From the human T2T-CHM13v2.0 reference genome, Homo sapiens: 64,000 nucleotides of DNA. The stretch is from assembly GCF_009914755.1 (NCBI RefSeq), contig NC_060932.1, one strand, 5' to 3'. Both the position numbers and the translations under genes were made by a program. Below are positions 59,209 to 64,000 of the stretch, one piece after another. The notes below the pieces were generated by a model. That model saw only the letters and a program-made list of their open reading frames with translations. It was not told where the DNA came from and ran no database searches. Numbering within the stretch: the stretch's first letter is position 1; each line of letters begins with the position of its first letter.

Positions 59209-59210
<2 letters not shown>
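58516..59210 (+). mobile_element. L1MA9/L1MB-like 3' end, split by a THE1 LTR
   Basis: caaagtttcagtta...gatgaataagttctagagat, then ...attatacctcaataaa. Confidence 0.85.
58612..58970 (-). mobile_element. THE1B/C solo LTR
   Basis: tgtattagt...gagactgggtaatttataaaggaaagaggtttaatggactcacagttccacatgg...ggggacacagccaaactatatca; TSD aatgc/agtgc. Confidence 0.95.

Positions 59211-59248
<38 letters not shown>
59211..59248. repeat. (AC)n microsatellite, about 19 units, at the L1 tail
   Basis: Seen directly. Confidence 0.97.
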
Positions 59249-59252
<4 letters not shown>

Positions 59253-59332
59253 CTCTCCTGCCTTCTGTTTCCATGATGTTGAGTTCAGCTCCCCTATTGA
59301 AATAATCTTGCCTATTTTGTTCCACCCAGAGC

Positions 59333-60442
59333 TGTTGCGGGAAGTCACGGACTGCGAATGGAGGGACCAGCTGGAGCTGCGGCAGAGGAACATAAATTGT
59401 GAAGATTTCATTTTAATATGGACATTTACCTGTTCCCAAATAATACTTTTATAATTTCTTACGCCTGTCTTTAATCTCTTAATCCTGTTATCTTGGTAAG
59501 CTGAGGATGTACGTCACCTCAGGACCACTGTGATAATTGTGTTAACTGTACAAATTGATTGTAAAACATGTGCTTGAACAATATGAAATCAGTGCACCTT
59601 CAAAAAGAACAGAATAACAGCAATTTTTAGGGAACAAGGGAAGACAACCATAAGGTCTGACTGGCTGCAGGGTTGGGCAAAAAGAGCCATATTTTTCTTC
59701 TTGCAGAGAGCCTATAAATGGACTTGCAAGTAGGGAAGATATCGCTAAATTCTTTTCCTAGCAAGGAATGTTAATATTAATACCCTGGGAAAGGAATGCA
59801 TTCCTGTGGGGAGGTCTATAAATGGCCACTCTGGCAATGTCTGTCTTATGCGGTTGAGATAAGGACTGAGATATGCCCTGGTCTCCTGCGGTACCCTCAG
59901 GCTTACTAGGGTGGGGAAGAACTCCACCCTGGTAAATTTGTGGTCAGACCAGTTCTCTGCTCTCGAACCCTGTTTTCTGTGATTTAAGATGTTTATCAAG
60001 ATAATATGTGCACCGCTGAACATAGACCCTTATCAGTAGTTCTGCTTTTGCCCTTTGCCTTGTGATCTTTGTTGGACTCTTATCAGTAGTTCTGCTTTTG
60101 CCCTTTGTCTTGTTCCCTCAGAAGCATGTGATCTTTGTTAGACCATTTTTAGTTCTGCTTTTTGCCTTTTGAAGCATGTGTTCTTTGTGTTTACAAAAGC
60201 ATGTGTTCTTTGTGCTTACTCCCTGTTCTTACACTCCCTCCCCTTTTGAAACCCTTAATAAAACTTGCTGCTTTTGAGGCTCAGGCAGGCATCATGGTCC
60301 TACCGATATGTGATGTCACCCCTGGTGGCCCAGCTGTAAAATTCCTCTCTTTGTACTCTTTCTGTTTATTTCTCAGCCAACTGACACTTATGGAAAATAG
60401 AAAGAACCTATGTCAAAATATTGGGGGTGGGTTCCCCCAATA
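59333..60442 (+). mobile_element. MER11 (HERV-K HML-8) solo LTR
   Basis: tgttgcgggaagtca...ggagggaccagctgga...ttgggggtgggttcccccaata; perfect 6-bp TSD cagagc. Confidence 0.96.
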
Positions 60443-61889
60443 CAGAGCAATTTTTTCTTTGACGCTGAGAAGAAAGCAAACTAGTGAGAAATTTCCAGTC
60501 ATCATAAAACCTGAACAAAAATGTGTAACATTTACTTGGAAATGGTTTGTGTGCTGCCCTGTAGTGGGCTACCTTCTCAAAAAAATCACAATAACTGCTA
60601 CTACCTACAACTGCCCTTTTAAGTGGTTCTTTGGAAGACAGAACAAGTGGGACAGTGTTTAGCATGGATGATCTTTATAGAAGGAGGTCTGACATTGTGG
60701 GTAGAAGGGTGAACATATTTCCTGAATCTGGAGAATATACACTTTAATCTGATTATTCACAAAATTCTTGACTGATAGACAAAATACAGTCTAAAAGTAT
60801 GGAATTGGAGATGAACCTATAGTTTTTCTAGAAAAGGAGGAGGGAGAAAGAGAGGAGGGGGTAAATCAAGAAAGTTGGAGGACTTAAAGACACTCTGTAA
60901 ACAAACATGAGACTGGACATTATATGCACAGAAATTCTGCCTCTAATCAGCTTTCAGTCTCAGTCATGTTATTGCAAGGGAGAATTCTTCGCCTCTAACA
61001 AACTCTACAAAATACTTATCGTGAGCTATTTTTTAATAGGAAAGATTCCTTTTTACACTTGACTGGTACTACAAATGTCTCTATTTTAGCCTCCTGCATC
61101 AGTGTTTCAAAGTCTGCATTGGTAGATTGGGCATTTTTATAGTACTCACTTTGGGATAGAGAAAATAATTTATGGGTTAGGATCTGAGCTAAACTGGGTT
61201 ACCCTCTTGAGCTAAAACCAGGACACTGCAGTTTTTCCTGTGAAGCATTATTAAACATCTACAATTTCTATTGCAGCTCAAGCAGCTCACAGATTTTCAT
61301 TGTCTATTTTACAACTTCTGTAGAATTATTAGTAATAACTGTGTGGGAAATTTAAGAAGCAATATCCAAAAACCAGGCAGACATAAAAACTTTATTGTGA
61401 AAAAGAGACTACTCCACTACAAGGAAAGAATATGGTGAGAAGACTGATTTGTTATTTCTCTAATATTTCAACAGAATATATGGGTTTCAGTTCCAAATTT
61501 GCACTGAGTGATGATATGCCAGTCTAGAAAATAAAATAATTGATCTGGATGATATATAAGCTCCCTTCTAGGTCTACATTTCTTTCCTCAATACCTGTTT
61601 CGTATGACTTGTTTTCTTCTCTTTCCTTCTTTTTTTACTTACTTTCTCCTTTCCTTCATTCTCCCTTTCTTCCTTGTTCCTTCCTCCTTTTTTTTTTATT
61701 GTTGTTGTTGCTTGTTTGTTTTTTCAGTAGTTTATTTTGGAGACAAAGCAGTGCAAGAGGCTGGCCATGCTTTCCTGCTACCCCGGGGCTCAGGGTTAGG
61801 ACCAAGAAAGGCTACATGCAGACATTAATCAGGGTTTAACACTCAAGTCCTGTAAACGTGGTTCCAAAAAAGCTGGGCAGTTCTAATGA

Positions 61890-62060
61890 TTTCCTTCCTT
61901 CCTCTCTTCCTCCCTTCATCCCTCCTTTCCTTCCTTCCTTCTCTCCCTCCCTCTCTCCCTCTTCCCTTCCTTCCTTCTTTTTCTTCCTTCCTTTCTCCCT
62001 CCCCTCCCTATCTTCCTCCCTTCCTCTCCTTCTTCCTTCTTCACTCTACCTCTCTTTTTC
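61890..62060. repeat. (TTCC/CTCC)n polypyrimidine low-complexity tract
   Basis: Seen directly; a second CT-rich tract lies at about 61605-61700. Confidence 0.93.
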
Positions 62061-62789
62061 TGGATTTCAGTGGTAAGTACAATATTGAATACCTCAAACA
62101 ATTTACTGATAATAAATCATAACACTTTGAGAAAATACAAGGAAAATATTATAACCTTCATGTTAGCTATGTCAAACAGTAAAAATATTCTGGGAAGGAA
62201 GCATTATCTTGATCTCTCGATAGCAGTTGTGTGCTAGTGACAAATAGATTTCCAGCTGGCAGAGGGAAACAGATTATTCTGAATATATGGTATTAATTTA
62301 GGGTGGTAATTACTATGATTAATGTTTTTAAAACAAAATTGTGAGTTTTTCCTAAGGAATGAAATGGAAATGTTTATCTTATAATAATGTTGTGGTATTG
62401 TATTAATATAAAGTGGAATAAGAAAATTACAGATGCATAGAATAGCCAAACCAAAAGTCTGAGCACCAAAAAATTGCTTTTTAAATGTCATTACCTTACT
62501 ACTATAAAATGTTCTAAATTAAAATGTAGAAACTTTATTCGAGAATTTAAATTGATATACAATTTTCTGAGGCCTAAATTCAATTTCCAAAAATTAGAAC
62601 TATATGAAAGAAAAAACATACCAGTTCCATTATACAAATGCAATATTGCAGATCAAGGCAATTAAAATAGCATCATTGTACAATAAAAAATATGAATAAG
62701 ACATTATAAAACTTGCAAATGCTAAAGAGTAGTGGGCATTTCTTTCTAAGTAGAATTTATCTTTAATAAAGGTACTAGTATAAATGAAA

Positions 62790-62900
62790 GGACTGTAGTG
62801 CAGTGGTTAAGAACTTTGTTTCTGAAGTAAGAATGTTTTAACTTAAATACAAGTTTGTTGTCCCTGTGGTCTTTTGCAAATTATTTAACTTCTCTAAACT
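62790..62900 (+). mobile_element. MIR 5' fragment
   Basis: gtagtgcagtggttaagaac...tgtggtcttttgcaaattatttaacttctcta. Confidence 0.65.
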
Positions 62901-63544
62901 AGTGGGCTTCAAACATGGATTCCTGAATGTACAGAGAGAGTTTCCAAGGACATTCATGGGTGATTTCAGAAAGTCAGTTTCCAGAACCTCAAATATGTGC
63001 TATTTTCCAAAATCAACCTGCCTAGGAATGTGCTCGCAGTCAAGGTGTCACACAAGATTTCCTTTCCCACATTCTGTATCATAATTACCTTTCTTCTGTT
63101 TGACAAATTAAGGAAAAAATCACATCTAACTCAAATGTTTTCCTGGCAAATTTTCCCGGGGTTTTAAAATTTCTGGAGTGCCAAAGAAATGGCCAATTCA
63201 AATTATTTGTGTTGGTGAAGCCCCTTTAAATAGGGTTCCATAAACCCCTTCTAGGTTTCAGGGTCTTTTTACATTTTTACTAAGTGCAAATATACCATTA
63301 GAAATGAAATATTTGGGGTTTTGTTGGAAATTCTGAAATCAGATATAGGATAGAAAGGTGAGGACAAAAAATAAAAAATAATTATTATTTCACTATCTTT
63401 CCTCTTCCATGCTCTGATTATTGCCAAAAAAAAATGTATTGTTTCTGAGGGAGAACTCTATCAGAACAAAACAAAGACAGCATCAGTAAGAAATAATGAA
63501 GTGAAGCCTTTCTCTCTCTTTCTCTCTACACACACACACACACA

Positions 63545-63782
63545 CAGTGTCATGCTTAATGATGAGGATACTTTCTGAGAACACAGCATTAGGCAATTTG
63601 TTGTGTGAACATCATAGAGCGCATATACGCAGGCCTAGATGGTATAGCCTACTACATATCTAGGCTATATGGTGTAACATAATCGTACTGGGCTAAAAAC
63701 CTATACAGCATGTCACCGTGCGGAATACTGCAGACAATTGTAACACAACGGTATTTGTGTATTTAAACATGGAAAAGATACA
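63545..63782 (-). mobile_element. Tigger3 (MER7/GOLEM) DNA transposon terminal fragment
   Basis: gcttaatgatgaggatactttctgagaa...gtgaacatcatagag...cctagatggtatagcctactaca...caattgtaacacaa. Confidence 0.9.
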
Positions 63783-63899
63783 CTGGGCACGGTGGTGGCT
63801 AACGCCTGTAATCCCAGCACTTTGGGAGGCCGAGGCGGGCGGATCACGAGGTCAGGACAGGGAGACCATCCTGGCTAACACGGTGAAACCCCGTCTCTA

Positions 63900-63939
<40 letters not shown>

Positions 63940-64000
63940 AGCCGGGCGTGGTGGCAGGCGCCTGTTGTCCCAGCTACTCCAGAGGCTGAGGCAGGAGAAT
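63783..64000 (+). mobile_element. AluY running off the window end, with A36 linker
   Basis: ggatcacgaggtcagg...gagaccatcctggctaacacggtgaaacccc; linker is 36 A (63902-63937). Confidence 0.97.

Noticed and set aside
60162-60662. Longest ORF in the track (166 aa)
   Set aside because: Starts at a non-ATG codon inside the MER11 LTR, crosses into flank, and has no recognisable domain.
62900-63250. Possible hAT-Charlie-like fossil
   Set aside because: Only a vague terminal resemblance; I could not match internal sequence to a family.

Overview
AT-rich, CpG-poor primate genomic DNA, most likely human or great ape (AluY, L1PA, LTR12, MER11 and THE1 are present). It reads as gene desert or the interior of a large intron. 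I find no supportable host protein-coding exon, RNA gene, CpG island or CRISPR/prokaryotic system. The supplied ORFs are chance frames or decayed Alu, L1 and MaLR sequence. Much of the window is interspersed repeat: 12 full or near-full Alus plus a FLAM, L1 fragments of many ages, L2/MIR/CR1 fossils, a two-LTR THE1 element, many solo LTRs (MLT1, MST/THE1, LTR12, LTR47, LTR33, LTR16, MER9, MER41, MER11, MER67-like) and DNA-transposon fossils (MER20, MER5A, MER63, Tigger3). The most unusual structure is an LTR-less ERV1-internal fragment (8.4-9.35 kb) that looks retroposed from an antisense polyadenylated RNA, with its own poly(A) signal, tail and target-site duplication (TSD), nested inside two L1s. 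Also notable are a twin-primed 5'-inverted L1PA with visible primer microhomology, and LTRs that retain transcription-factor motifs (LTR12 CCAAT array, DUX4 motifs in both THE1 LTRs). Subfamily names come from my recall of consensus sequences, not a database search, and boundaries of old repeats are approximate. I cannot support a claim of a new biological system here.
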